From assembly GCA_041937175.2 (NCBI GenBank), contig CP166615.1:4160001-4224000 (forward strand): a stretch of DNA of 64,000 nucleotides, written 5' to 3'. Under the pieces are notes generated by a model, which saw only the letters and a program-made list of their open reading frames with translations, was not told where the DNA came from and made no database searches. Below, piece after piece: positions 20,816 to 30,516 of the stretch. The position numbers and the translations under genes are program-made. Origin of the DNA: Limnothrix sp. BL-A-16. GTDB taxonomy: Bacteria > Cyanobacteriota > Cyanobacteriia > CACIAM-69d. Positions within the stretch are counted from its first letter, which is position 1. Every line of letters starts with the position of its first letter.

Positions 20816-21673
20816 ATGTCGTTTCCATCCCAGGATTACCAAATTGCCGTCATGGCTCACGAGGAGCTGTCGATCGCGATCGATTGGGCAAGGGCAGAGG
20901 GGTGGAATCCTGGGCTACATGACGCGGACTGTTTCTATGCAGCAGATCCCCAGGGATTTCTGGTGGGCAAGCTGGATCACCAACCGATCGCGACCATTTC
21001 CGCTGTCAAATACGGCCATTCCTTTGGCTTCATTGGGTTTTACATTGTCCACCCAGACGCTCGGCATCAAGGCTATGGCATCCAAATTTGGCAGCGTGCC
21101 ATAGAGATCTTGGAAGGCCGAACGATCGGCTTAGATGGCGTGGTTGCCCAACAAGAGAATTACCAAAAATCAGGATTTACCTTTGCCCATCGCAATATCC
21201 GCTTTGCGGGCATCAGCGATCGGGCCGATCAACTCCACCCCGATCTTGTGCCTTTATCCGTCATCCCCTTTGAGCAATTGAAACAGTGCGATCGTCGCTT
21301 TTTTCCTGAGCAACGCGAGCAATTTTTACGCGCTTGGATTGATCAGCCTCACGCTCAGTCCATGGGAATTCTGGAGGGCGATCGGCTCTGTGCCTATGGC
21401 GTGATTCGTGCGTGCCACACCGGCTACAAAATCGGCCCACTCAATGCTGAAACCCCAGACCTCGCCGATGCACTGATCCAAGCCTTGATGAGCACCATTC
21501 CATTGGGATCAACCTTCCATTTAGATGTACCTGAACCTAATACTCCGGCGATCGCCCTAGCTGAAATGTATGGGATGCAGCCAGCTTTTGAAACTGCGCG
21601 CATGTACCGAGGGCGCTCACCGGAGCTGCCTTTAGGTCAAATATTTGGAATTACCAGCTTCGAGCTGGGGTGA
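20816..21673 (+). CDS. Tandem GNAT acetyltransferase (YitH-like)
   Basis: WARAEGWNPG, FIGFYIVHPDARHQGYG, YKIGPL, FETARMY. Confidence 0.88.
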   Translation: MSFPSQDYQIAVMAHEELSIAIDWARAEGWNPGLHDADCFYAADPQGFLVGKLDHQPIATISAVKYGHSFGFIGFYIVHPDARHQGYGIQIWQRAIEILEGRTIGLDGVVAQQENYQKSGFTFAHRNIRFAGISDRADQLHPDLVPLSVIPFEQLKQCDRRFFPEQREQFLRAWIDQPHAQSMGILEGDRLCAYGVIRACHTGYKIGPLNAETPDLADALIQALMSTIPLGSTFHLDVPEPNTPAIALAEMYGMQPAFETARMYRGRSPELPLGQIFGITSFELG

Positions 21674-22007
21674 TGATGGTCATTATAGATAGTTTGATCA
21701 AAGTTGCCAGGTGTTCGTTAGATCCCTAGATTTTGCAGTTAAAACGCTAAGAAAGTTAAAATCGTAAAATCTATTGACATTCTCAATTGAGAGTCTAATG
21801 GATCTTCAGCATTGAAGATCCGTGTGCAACTTCCTGACTCGCTAACCCTAGAATTGTTACTAATCTTGACTCAAATTGCTACCAAAAAGTAATTGAGACC
21901 TCCAGAATTATATAAAATAATAAAATATGCAAATGATCCCTCTATCTTAGGAATATTTGTATCTTATTAAACCAGCACTTACGGATAATATACGGAGATA
22001 TCAAAAA

Positions 22008-25000
22008 ATGTTGGAAAAAAATCAAAATCCTTCCTCATCTATTTCTGTGCCTTTCTCTGATCGTTTTTCTGTTTTTCTGAATTCTCAACTATCGGATTAT
22101 CAATTCACTGAAGAAATTTATCAAGGTTCTCGAACTGCTGTTTATCGCGGAATTCAATTGTCGTCACAACAGCCCGTTGTGATTAAAATTCTGCAATCAA
22201 CCTATCCCAGTTTTGAAGAATTATTGCAGTTCCGGAATCAATACACGATTACCCAAGCCTTGGACATGCCAGGGATTGTCCGCTCCTATGCCTTAGAAGC
22301 TTATGGTAATAGCTATGCATTAATTATGGAGGACTTTGGAGGAATTTCCCTTCGTGAATATGTCAAAGGTCAATCACTGTCCTTGTGCGAAGTCCTGTCC
22401 ACTGCCCTCCAACTATCCGTTATTTTGGATTACTTGCATCAACAAAAAGTCATTCACAAAGATATTAAGCCCGCAAATATTTTGATTCACCCCTCTTCGG
22501 GGCAAATTAAATTAACTGACTTTAGTATTGCTTCCCTCTTGCCCCGTGAAGCTCAATATCTTCAGAGTCCAACCAGCTTGGAAGGCACGTTGGCTTATCT
22601 GGCTCCTGAACAAACGGGGCGGATGAATCGCGGCATTGACTACCGCAGTGATTTTTATGCCTTGGGTGTGAGCTTATATGAGCTACTGACGGGACAACTG
22701 CCATTTCCCACGACCGACCCAATGGAACTGCTGCATTGCCACTTGGCAAAACAGCCGATCGCCCCTTCAGCACTGAATTCAGAAATTCCACCCGTGATTT
22801 CTGCAATTGTGCTGAAATTGATGGCTAAAAATGCCGAAGATCGCTACCAAAGTGCTCGCGGGCTGGGGCATGATTTGCAAGCCTGTTTAGATCAACTGCA
22901 AGCACAAAATGCGATTGCTGATTTTGATCTGGGTACAAGGGATCTCAGTGATTATTTCTTAATTCCTGAAAAGCTCTACGGCCGTGAGCTGGAAGTGCAA
23001 ACCCTGCTCAATGCGTTTGAGCGAGTTCAGCAGGGATCAACGGAGTTGATGTTGGTTGCAGGGTTTTCCGGCATTGGTAAAACAGCCGTTATCAATGAAA
23101 TTCATAAACCGGTTACACGTCAAAAGGGATACTTCATTAAAGGGAAATTTGATCAATTTAATCGAAATATTCCGCTGTCAGCATTTGTGCAGGCTTTTCA
23201 AAGCCTGACTGGTCAATTGCTCTCGGAATCTGATCAGCAACTACAAAACTGGAAATCAAAAATTCTGGAAGCGTTGGGCAGCCAAGCACAGGTTTTGCTG
23301 GAAGTTATTCCAGGGCTAGAGCACATTATCGGCTCACAACCCCCTGCGCCGGAACTGTCGGGAACGGCTGCTCAAAACCGCTTTAACTTACTATTTCAGA
23401 AGTTCATCCAAGTTTTCACAACTGCTGAACATCCCCTCGTTATTTTTCTAGATGACCTGCAATGGGCAGATCCAGCCTCCTTGCAATTACTGAAAGTCTT
23501 GATGAAAGACCAAGGATATTTATTGATGTTGGGGGCCTACCGAGATAACGAAGTTTCAGTAGCTCATCCCTTAGTTCTGACCCTTCAAGAATTGGAGCAA
23601 TCTCAAGCAACGGCTAATACAATTACACTTGGTCCACTGACGACCCAGCATCTGAACCAGTTGATTGCAGATACCTTCCATTGTTTGCCAGAGTTGGCAT
23701 TGCCATTAACTAAGCTGGTTCATCAAAAAACCCAGGGTAATCCTTTTTTTACAACGCAATTTTTGAGAACGCTTCATGAAGAGGGTCATATTACCTTTAA
23801 TGCCAGTTACTGTCATTGGGAATGTGATCTAACACAAATTAATATCCTGGCTCTGGCGGATGATGTGGTGGAGTTTATGGCAGTGCGACTGCAAAAACTA
23901 CCGATTTCAACCCAGCAAGGCTTAAAGTTGGCGGCCTGTGTTGGCAACCAATTTGACTTAGAAACATTGGCAGTGATTGCAGAGCAGTCCTTGGTGGAAG
24001 CAGCCGCTGCGCTTTGGCGAGCGCTTCAGGAAGGGATGATTGTGCCAGTGAATCAAGCTTATAAGCTTTTTCAAGCAGAGGTCACTGCTCAGGGCGATCG
24101 CACCTATGACTTGAATCCAACCTATCGATTTCTGCACGATCGAATTCAGCAAGCTGCCTATTCATTAATTTCGGAGATGGAGCGACCTGCTCTTCATTAT
24201 CGAATTGGCCGGCTCTTAGTCCAGCACTTTACCCAAAATGATCAGGAAGATCGAATTTTTGAGATTGTTAATCATCTCAATTTGGGTCGTGACCTAATTA
24301 CGAATAATCTTGATCGGCGTGAGCTAGTTTGTCTCAATTTACAGGCAGGTCGCAAAGCAATTGTATCGGCAGCTTATAGGGCCGCTTTAGACTATTTGAA
24401 TCAGGGCATTAATTTGTTGCCAGAAGATGCTTGGCAACAAGATTATGATCTGACTCTTGATTTACATCAACAACGCTTAGAAGCAGCCTACTTCAACACA
24501 GAGTTTGAGCAGCTAAAAACGTGGGGTAAAGTGATTTTGCGGCACAGCGCCTCAGTGTTGGATCAAATTAAAGTCTATGAAACCCAAATGTTGGTTTTGC
24601 AGGCGCAGAGCGAGTTTGCGCAAGTGATTGATTTAGGGTTGCAGGTTTTGCGACAACTGGGGATTGAATTTCCCTTGCAGCCAACACCCGCAGAAATTGA
24701 TGCAGCTTACGAGCGATCGCGCCAGTCCTGGGAAGCTCAAGAGCCGTTGGGTTTGCTGGATTTGCCACCGATGGAAGATCCAAAACTCTTAGCCGCCATG
24801 CAGATTTTGACAAATTTGTCGCACTCCGCATGTATGGCAGCTCCGGCTCTATTGCCGCTACTAATTTTTAAACAAATTGACCTTTCAATTCATCATGGAA
24901 ACTGTGCGGTTTCCGTGGTTTCCTATGCAGATTATGGAATGGTTCTTTGCGGAATCATGAATGATATTCCCGCAGGATATCAATTTGCGCAGCTTTCGCT

Positions 25001-27482
25001 GGCACTTCTGGAAAAATTGCAAGCTAATGCGTTTAAAAGTCGAGTTTATTTGGTTGTGAATACCTTTGCTCGTCACTGGTGCGAGCCTCTGCAAGAGGTG
25101 ACTCCAGCTTTGCTGGAGGGTTGCCGAAGTGGCTTGGAAAGTGGCGATTGGGAATGTGTGGCTCTGAATTTATTTACCTACGCTAATCACCAATATTGGA
25201 GTGGGCGAGAACTCCTGGGCTTGGCTGAGGAACTGCTGACCCATGAAACTGTAATTGCACAAGTTAAGCAGCAAGCAGCTTTACGGGCCCATCAGTCTTA
25301 TTTACAAGCGGTGTTGAATCTGCTTGGCAGATCGACTGTTCCCTATCGGTTACAGGGAGATGTTTTTGATCTGGAGCAATTGGCTCCCTCTCTCAAGACT
25401 GGGAACGATCGAGCTTCTCTGTTTAGTGGATATCTGCATCAAATCTTCCTTTACTACCTATTTGAAAAATATGACGAAGCAACAGAGTTGATTCCAATGG
25501 TTCAAGAGTATGAGGATGCGGGAATTGGCTTCTTTTTGATGTCAACTTGGGTGCTTTACCAAGCGTTGATTCAAATTCAACGGTATCCTTCGGCAACACC
25601 CTCCGAACAGGTGACGATTCGGGAATTGGTGCAAGTGGCCCAAGATCACCTCCATCAATGGGCAGTTTATGCACCCGAGAACCAAGCTCATCGTTGGCAA
25701 TTAGTGGCGGCGGAAGTTAATCGGGTTTTGGGTCAAAGAACTGAGGCGATCGAGGCCTATGACTGTGCGATCGCGGATGCTAAAAAAAGTGGTTTTTCCC
25801 ATGAAGAGGCACTTGCCAATGAGCTAGCAGCAAAGTTCTACCTCCAGTGGGGTAAAGAGAAGGTGGCAGCCGGTTACATGCAAGAGGCCTATTATGGCTA
25901 TGCCCGTTGGGGGGCTAAGGCAAAAACTGAAGATTTGGAGCGACGCTATCCGCAGTTGTTGAGTCCAATTTTGCGCGCACCCGTACCAGCTTTTAATCCT
26001 TTAGAAACGCTGGCAGCGGCCACGATTCCGCAGGCGCTTCGAACCTCCGCCCATTACACTTCTCCAGGCCATGGGAGTGGCACGCCCAGTTCTTCCACGT
26101 CTGGTGTGAATGAAATGTTGGATTTGGCGGCGGTGATTCGCACCTCTCAGACCTTGGCGAGCACGATTCAATTGGATGACCTGCTGCGGCAACTGACGCA
26201 AATTGTTTTGCAGTGTTCTGGCGGTGATCGCTGTGCCTTGGTGGCTGCTGGGGGTGAAGGTAGGTGGCTGGTGCGGGCGATCGCGCGGCCAGAATCCGTG
26301 GAAGTTTGCACAGAACCTTTGGAAACCTGCACGGTTTTGCCGGTGCAGTTAGTGCAGTACGTTAAAAATACTGAAACAATGGTGATGATTGATCAGGGCC
26401 AAACCAGCCTGCCGATCACAGATCAATATTTGCTTCAGGAAGCACCTAAAAGTGTGTTGTGCTTGCCGATTTTGAGCCAATCGCAGTTGGTGGCAATTTT
26501 ATATTTAGAAAATAGTGCGGTGGCGAATGTTTTTACGAACGATCGCCTCTTGGTCTTGAATTTTCTCTGCGCTCAGGCTGCGATTTCCCTTGAAAATTCA
26601 CGACTGTATCAGCAAGCCCAGACCTATGCCCATCAGCTTGAGCAGTCTCAGTTGCAGGTGGTGCAAAGTGAAAAGATGGCCTCACTAGGGAATTTGGTTG
26701 CTGGTGTGGCCCACGAAATTAATAACCCGATCGGCTTCCTCAATGGCAGTATTCAAAATCTTCAGGATTCTATCCAAGATTTGATGGGCCATCTGGGGCT
26801 TTACCAGCAATATTATCCCAACCCTGAACCGGCAATTGAAAGCCATGCGAACGCGATCGAACTGGACTTTTTGAATGAAGATTTACCAACGCTTTTGCAG
26901 TCTATGCAGTTGGCAACCGATCGCATCAAAGGAATTAGTAACAGCTTGCGAACTTTCTCGAGGGCAGATACCCAATATAAAATTCAGGCTAATCTTCACG
27001 AAGGGATTGATAGCACACTGCTGATTCTGAAGTATCGATTGAAAGCCAATGAATATCGCCCGGCAATTCAAGTCATTCAAGACTATGGAGATGTGCCCCC
27101 GATCGATTGTTTTCCAGGGCAACTGAATCAGGTGTTTATGAATTTGCTGGCCAATGCGATCGATATGTTTGATGAGTTGACCCAGGGATCATCCTTTGAG
27201 CATTGGGTTGCCCATCCCCAGCAAATTACAATCTGCACCAGGGTTGTGGATCAACAGGTGCAAATTGCCATTCGGGACAATGGCAAGGGCATGAGCGAAG
27301 CGGTGCGATCGAATATTTTTGACCACGCCTTCACGACGAAGGCCGTGGGCAAGGGCACTGGCTTGGGATTAGCGATCGCCCGCCAAATTGTGGTGGATAA
27401 ACACGGAGGGAGTTTGGAGGTGCGATCGGAAATTGGCCAAGGCGCAGAGTTTCTGATCCGCTTGCCGATTCATGGGGATTAG
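22008..27482 (+). CDS. Ser/Thr kinase - AAA ATPase - GAF - histidine kinase hybrid
   Basis: HKDIKPANIL, TDF, YLAPEQTGR; AGFSGIGKT and FLDDLQW; GAF (LYLEN); VAHEINNP, DNGKG, GTGLGL; ATG 22008 preceded by GGAG. Confidence 0.93.
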   Translation: MLEKNQNPSSSISVPFSDRFSVFLNSQLSDYQFTEEIYQGSRTAVYRGIQLSSQQPVVIKILQSTYPSFEELLQFRNQYTITQALDMPGIVRSYALEAYGNSYALIMEDFGGISLREYVKGQSLSLCEVLSTALQLSVILDYLHQQKVIHKDIKPANILIHPSSGQIKLTDFSIASLLPREAQYLQSPTSLEGTLAYLAPEQTGRMNRGIDYRSDFYALGVSLYELLTGQLPFPTTDPMELLHCHLAKQPIAPSALNSEIPPVISAIVLKLMAKNAEDRYQSARGLGHDLQACLDQLQAQNAIADFDLGTRDLSDYFLIPEKLYGRELEVQTLLNAFERVQQGSTELMLVAGFSGIGKTAVINEIHKPVTRQKGYFIKGKFDQFNRNIPLSAFVQAFQSLTGQLLSESDQQLQNWKSKILEALGSQAQVLLEVIPGLEHIIGSQPPAPELSGTAAQNRFNLLFQKFIQVFTTAEHPLVIFLDDLQWADPASLQLLKVLMKDQGYLLMLGAYRDNEVSVAHPLVLTLQELEQSQATANTITLGPLTTQHLNQLIADTFHCLPELALPLTKLVHQKTQGNPFFTTQFLRTLHEEGHITFNASYCHWECDLTQINILALADDVVEFMAVRLQKLPISTQQGLKLAACVGNQFDLETLAVIAEQSLVEAAAALWRALQEGMIVPVNQAYKLFQAEVTAQGDRTYDLNPTYRFLHDRIQQAAYSLISEMERPALHYRIGRLLVQHFTQNDQEDRIFEIVNHLNLGRDLITNNLDRRELVCLNLQAGRKAIVSAAYRAALDYLNQGINLLPEDAWQQDYDLTLDLHQQRLEAAYFNTEFEQLKTWGKVILRHSASVLDQIKVYETQMLVLQAQSEFAQVIDLGLQVLRQLGIEFPLQPTPAEIDAAYERSRQSWEAQEPLGLLDLPPMEDPKLLAAMQILTNLSHSACMAAPALLPLLIFKQIDLSIHHGNCAVSVVSYADYGMVLCGIMNDIPAGYQFAQLSLALLEKLQANAFKSRVYLVVNTFARHWCEPLQEVTPALLEGCRSGLESGDWECVALNLFTYANHQYWSGRELLGLAEELLTHETVIAQVKQQAALRAHQSYLQAVLNLLGRSTVPYRLQGDVFDLEQLAPSLKTGNDRASLFSGYLHQIFLYYLFEKYDEATELIPMVQEYEDAGIGFFLMSTWVLYQALIQIQRYPSATPSEQVTIRELVQVAQDHLHQWAVYAPENQAHRWQLVAAEVNRVLGQRTEAIEAYDCAIADAKKSGFSHEEALANELAAKFYLQWGKEKVAAGYMQEAYYGYARWGAKAKTEDLERRYPQLLSPILRAPVPAFNPLETLAAATIPQALRTSAHYTSPGHGSGTPSSSTSGVNEMLDLAAVIRTSQTLASTIQLDDLLRQLTQIVLQCSGGDRCALVAAGGEGRWLVRAIARPESVEVCTEPLETCTVLPVQLVQYVKNTETMVMIDQGQTSLPITDQYLLQEAPKSVLCLPILSQSQLVAILYLENSAVANVFTNDRLLVLNFLCAQAAISLENSRLYQQAQTYAHQLEQSQLQVVQSEKMASLGNLVAGVAHEINNPIGFLNGSIQNLQDSIQDLMGHLGLYQQYYPNPEPAIESHANAIELDFLNEDLPTLLQSMQLATDRIKGISNSLRTFSRADTQYKIQANLHEGIDSTLLILKYRLKANEYRPAIQVIQDYGDVPPIDCFPGQLNQVFMNLLANAIDMFDELTQGSSFEHWVAHPQQITICTRVVDQQVQIAIRDNGKGMSEAVRSNIFDHAFTTKAVGKGTGLGLAIARQIVVDKHGGSLEVRSEIGQGAEFLIRLPIHGD

Positions 27483-27514
27483 GCTGCGGGTCGGTGTCGG
27501 TTGCGCTGAGATGA

Positions 27515-28537
27515 TCAACGGCCCCAGCGGACGATGACAGCCCCCCAGGACAAACCGGCCCCAAATCCGGCGAGCGCGAGGGTTTGGCCAGGATGAATTC
27601 GGCCGTCCCGTACTGCTTCATCAAGGGCGATCGGGATCGAGGCGGCGGAGGTGTTGCCGTAGCGCTCCAAATTGCTGATGGTTTTTTCGTGGGGTAAACC
27701 AAGACGATCGGCCACCGCATCGATGATTCGTTGATTTGCTTGGTGCAACAGCAGCCAATCTACCTGCTCAATCGACCGCTCCGCCCGATGCAAGGCCTTC
27801 TCGATCGCCTCGGGAACCCGCTTAACGGCAAAACGATAGACTTCCTGACCGTTCATGGTGATCGGCTGAAAATTGCCTTGGCCCACCACAGTTCCGTTTT
27901 TCAGGGGCTGCTCGATCGTTTCCCCCGCCAGGTTCAGCACATGGTTCATGGATCCATCGCTACGTAGCTCGAACCCCAGCAAGGCATCGCTGGCGGTAGG
28001 GTGCTCCTGTAGGTCGATCGCCTGCAACACTACAGCCCCAGCCCCATCGCCAAACAGAATGCAAGTGCCCCGATCGCTCCAATTCACCCAACGAGAGAGC
28101 ACATCGGCCCCAATCAGCAGCACATTGCGATAGACACCCGATCGCAAAAACTGAGCCGCCGTCACCAAGCCAAACGCGAACCCCGAGCAAGCCGCCGTCA
28201 AATCCATGGCCACCGCGTGGCTCGCCCCGATCGCCCCTTGGATGGCCCCAGCACTCCCGAACAAATCATCGGGCGTGGAGGTAGCCAGCAGAATCAAATC
28301 TAAATCAGCCGCCTGGAGATCCGCCATCGCCAACGCCCGCTGAGCAGCCTTTGCGGCCAGCGGCGTGAGGGATTCCTGCGGTTGCGCCAAACGCCGTTGA
28401 CGGATTCCCGTCCGCGTGGCAATCCACTCGTCGGAGGTTTCAACCAACTGCTCTAGGGCAAGGTTGTCTAAAATTCCATCCGGCAAAGCTGAACCGCTGC
28501 CAATGAGGGCGATTCCAAAGGGCGATCGCGTTTGCAT
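27515..28537 (-). CDS. fabH: Beta-ketoacyl-ACP synthase III
   Basis: TSDEWIATRTGI, AACSGF, LFGDGAGA, HQAN, YGNTSAAS. Confidence 0.97.
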   Translation of the reverse strand: MQTRSPFGIALIGSGSALPDGILDNLALEQLVETSDEWIATRTGIRQRRLAQPQESLTPLAAKAAQRALAMADLQAADLDLILLATSTPDDLFGSAGAIQGAIGASHAVAMDLTAACSGFAFGLVTAAQFLRSGVYRNVLLIGADVLSRWVNWSDRGTCILFGDGAGAVVLQAIDLQEHPTASDALLGFELRSDGSMNHVLNLAGETIEQPLKNGTVVGQGNFQPITMNGQEVYRFAVKRVPEAIEKALHRAERSIEQVDWLLLHQANQRIIDAVADRLGLPHEKTISNLERYGNTSAASIPIALDEAVRDGRIHPGQTLALAGFGAGLSWGAVIVRWGR

Positions 28538-29574
28538 TAATTCTCCGAAGCAACAGCCTGCTGCACGCTTTGTTGATACTGGGCTTGGATTCGCTCAATC
28601 ACATGGGACTCCACAGCCGCCTTGGCGAGGCGGATAGCCCCAAAGGCTGAAGGGGCCCGCGAGCTGCCATGGCCAATAATGCAAACCCCGTTCACGCCCA
28701 GCAACAAACCGCCCCCATGCTCCGCATGATCGACCCGTTGCTTAATGCGCTTCAGGTTGTGCTTCAACACCGTGACCCCAATCTTGCCGCGTGTGCCCTT
28801 GGGTAGCTCCTCTTTCACCACCTGAAGCATCGCGCTGCCTACAGCTTCCGCGAACTTCAGCAGTACGTTGCCCACAAAGCCATCACAAACAGCCACATCG
28901 AACTGACCCGAGAGGATATCGCGCCCCTCGGCATTGCCCGCAAAGTGAATGGCGGGATTTTCCGACAGCAACTGATGGGCCCGCAGGGCCAGCTCATTAC
29001 CTTTACATTCCTCTTCGCCAATGTTGACCAAGCCCACGTTGGGCCGTTCCACCCCCAAAACATGTTGGCTGTAGATGGAACCCATCACGGCAAATTGCTC
29101 TAGGAATTTGGGGCGACAGTCCACATTGGCCCCCACATCCAAGATCAAAACTTGCTTGCCGTTGACCTGGGTTGGCAACACGGCCCCGATCGCGGGGCGT
29201 TCAATTCCCGGAATCCGTCCCAACCGCAGCAGTGCCGCCGCCATGGACGCGCCCGAGTGCCCCGCCGAAACCACAGCATCGGCTCGGCCTTCCTTGACCA
29301 GATTCGTGGCCACATTAATGGAAGAATTGGGTTTGCGGCGCAGGGCGGTTAATGGCTCTTCGTCCATCTCCACCACACCATCGGCGGGCACAATTTCGAG
29401 GTTTGAACCAGCATTGTGCTCTTTCAGGCAAGCCTCGATTTTGTGGGGATCACCGACTAGCAGAACCTTAACCCCCAGTTCTTCGCTGGCGCGCACGGCT
29501 CCGGCGACGATTTCTTCGGGGGCATAGTCGCCGCCCATTGCGTCAATTGCGATTCGATCCCCAGTTGACCCCAT
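28537..29574 (-). CDS. plsX: Phosphate acyltransferase PlsX
   Basis: IAIDAMGGDYAP, SAGHSGA, LDVGANVD, DGFVGN, GHGSS; 1-nt overlap with fabH. Confidence 0.96.
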   Translation of the reverse strand: MGSTGDRIAIDAMGGDYAPEEIVAGAVRASEELGVKVLLVGDPHKIEACLKEHNAGSNLEIVPADGVVEMDEEPLTALRRKPNSSINVATNLVKEGRADAVVSAGHSGASMAAALLRLGRIPGIERPAIGAVLPTQVNGKQVLILDVGANVDCRPKFLEQFAVMGSIYSQHVLGVERPNVGLVNIGEEECKGNELALRAHQLLSENPAIHFAGNAEGRDILSGQFDVAVCDGFVGNVLLKFAEAVGSAMLQVVKEELPKGTRGKIGVTVLKHNLKRIKQRVDHAEHGGGLLLGVNGVCIIGHGSSRAPSAFGAIRLAKAAVESHVIERIQAQYQQSVQQAVASEN

Positions 29575-30516
29575 AGAAGCCGAACACGGTAGAAGTCTCC
29601 CAAATTTTACCAGACAGGGTGCAAATGGCTGTCGTTTGGCAATTGGGTTTGGCAATTAGGTTGAATCACTGGGCTTGGCAATTGGGTTTGGCGGCTTTTG
29701 GGGGGAGCGGCCGATGGCTGCTGGGGAATGGTGAACCCTGTGGGCCGATGCAACCGAGACTCCGGCCCTAAGTTAGAGTTAAGTTCGGGGCCGATCATCG
29801 CTTTGGCTTGGGGTTGTTGGCCACCAAACACTGATCACAGCAAGGTTTAGATGAGCACAGCCCTGTGGCCGGTTGTTTGTGGTGCGGGATTGGCTGCCTG
29901 CGCTTGTAGCCTAGATTTGCGGTCTACGATTTGCGGTTCTAAGATCGATTGTCTTCATCCATCCGTTTAATCAGTGCCGATCGAGCCACAGCCGAGGGGT
30001 AATGGGGCGATCGCCCTGAATGAAACTGGTTGCATCTCCGGTGATCCCCTGTGATCGATCAAGGGAAGATGGCTCACCATCAACTGCATGAGTGATTTCA
30101 TGACCGATCATGCGTGATGCACTGGGGGAATCGATCGGGACTCAGATCAACGACTGATTGACCCATCATCGATCACAATCAATTTGAGATTCACAGTCCA
30201 CTTGATCAGTACTCATTGATGAAACTGATCAGACCGATCACGTTAGCTGATCGCTACTGCTCTAATCCATTAAATCCAGTGATTGGGTGAGGGCGATCGG
30301 GAGAATCGGGGCGATCGAGGGTGGTCAAGGTGATCGGAAAGTGATCAAATCGACGGCGATCAAGGCGATCAAATTAATGAAATCGATTGACCTAGAGCCA
30401 TTTGCATGGCGATCAGGCGATCGATGACATTAATGAAATCCGCAATGAAATCCGCAACCCCAATGCTCAAATATCTTGCGCAATCTACTGTCTGAGCCTG
30501 TCGGTGGCCAGGATGC

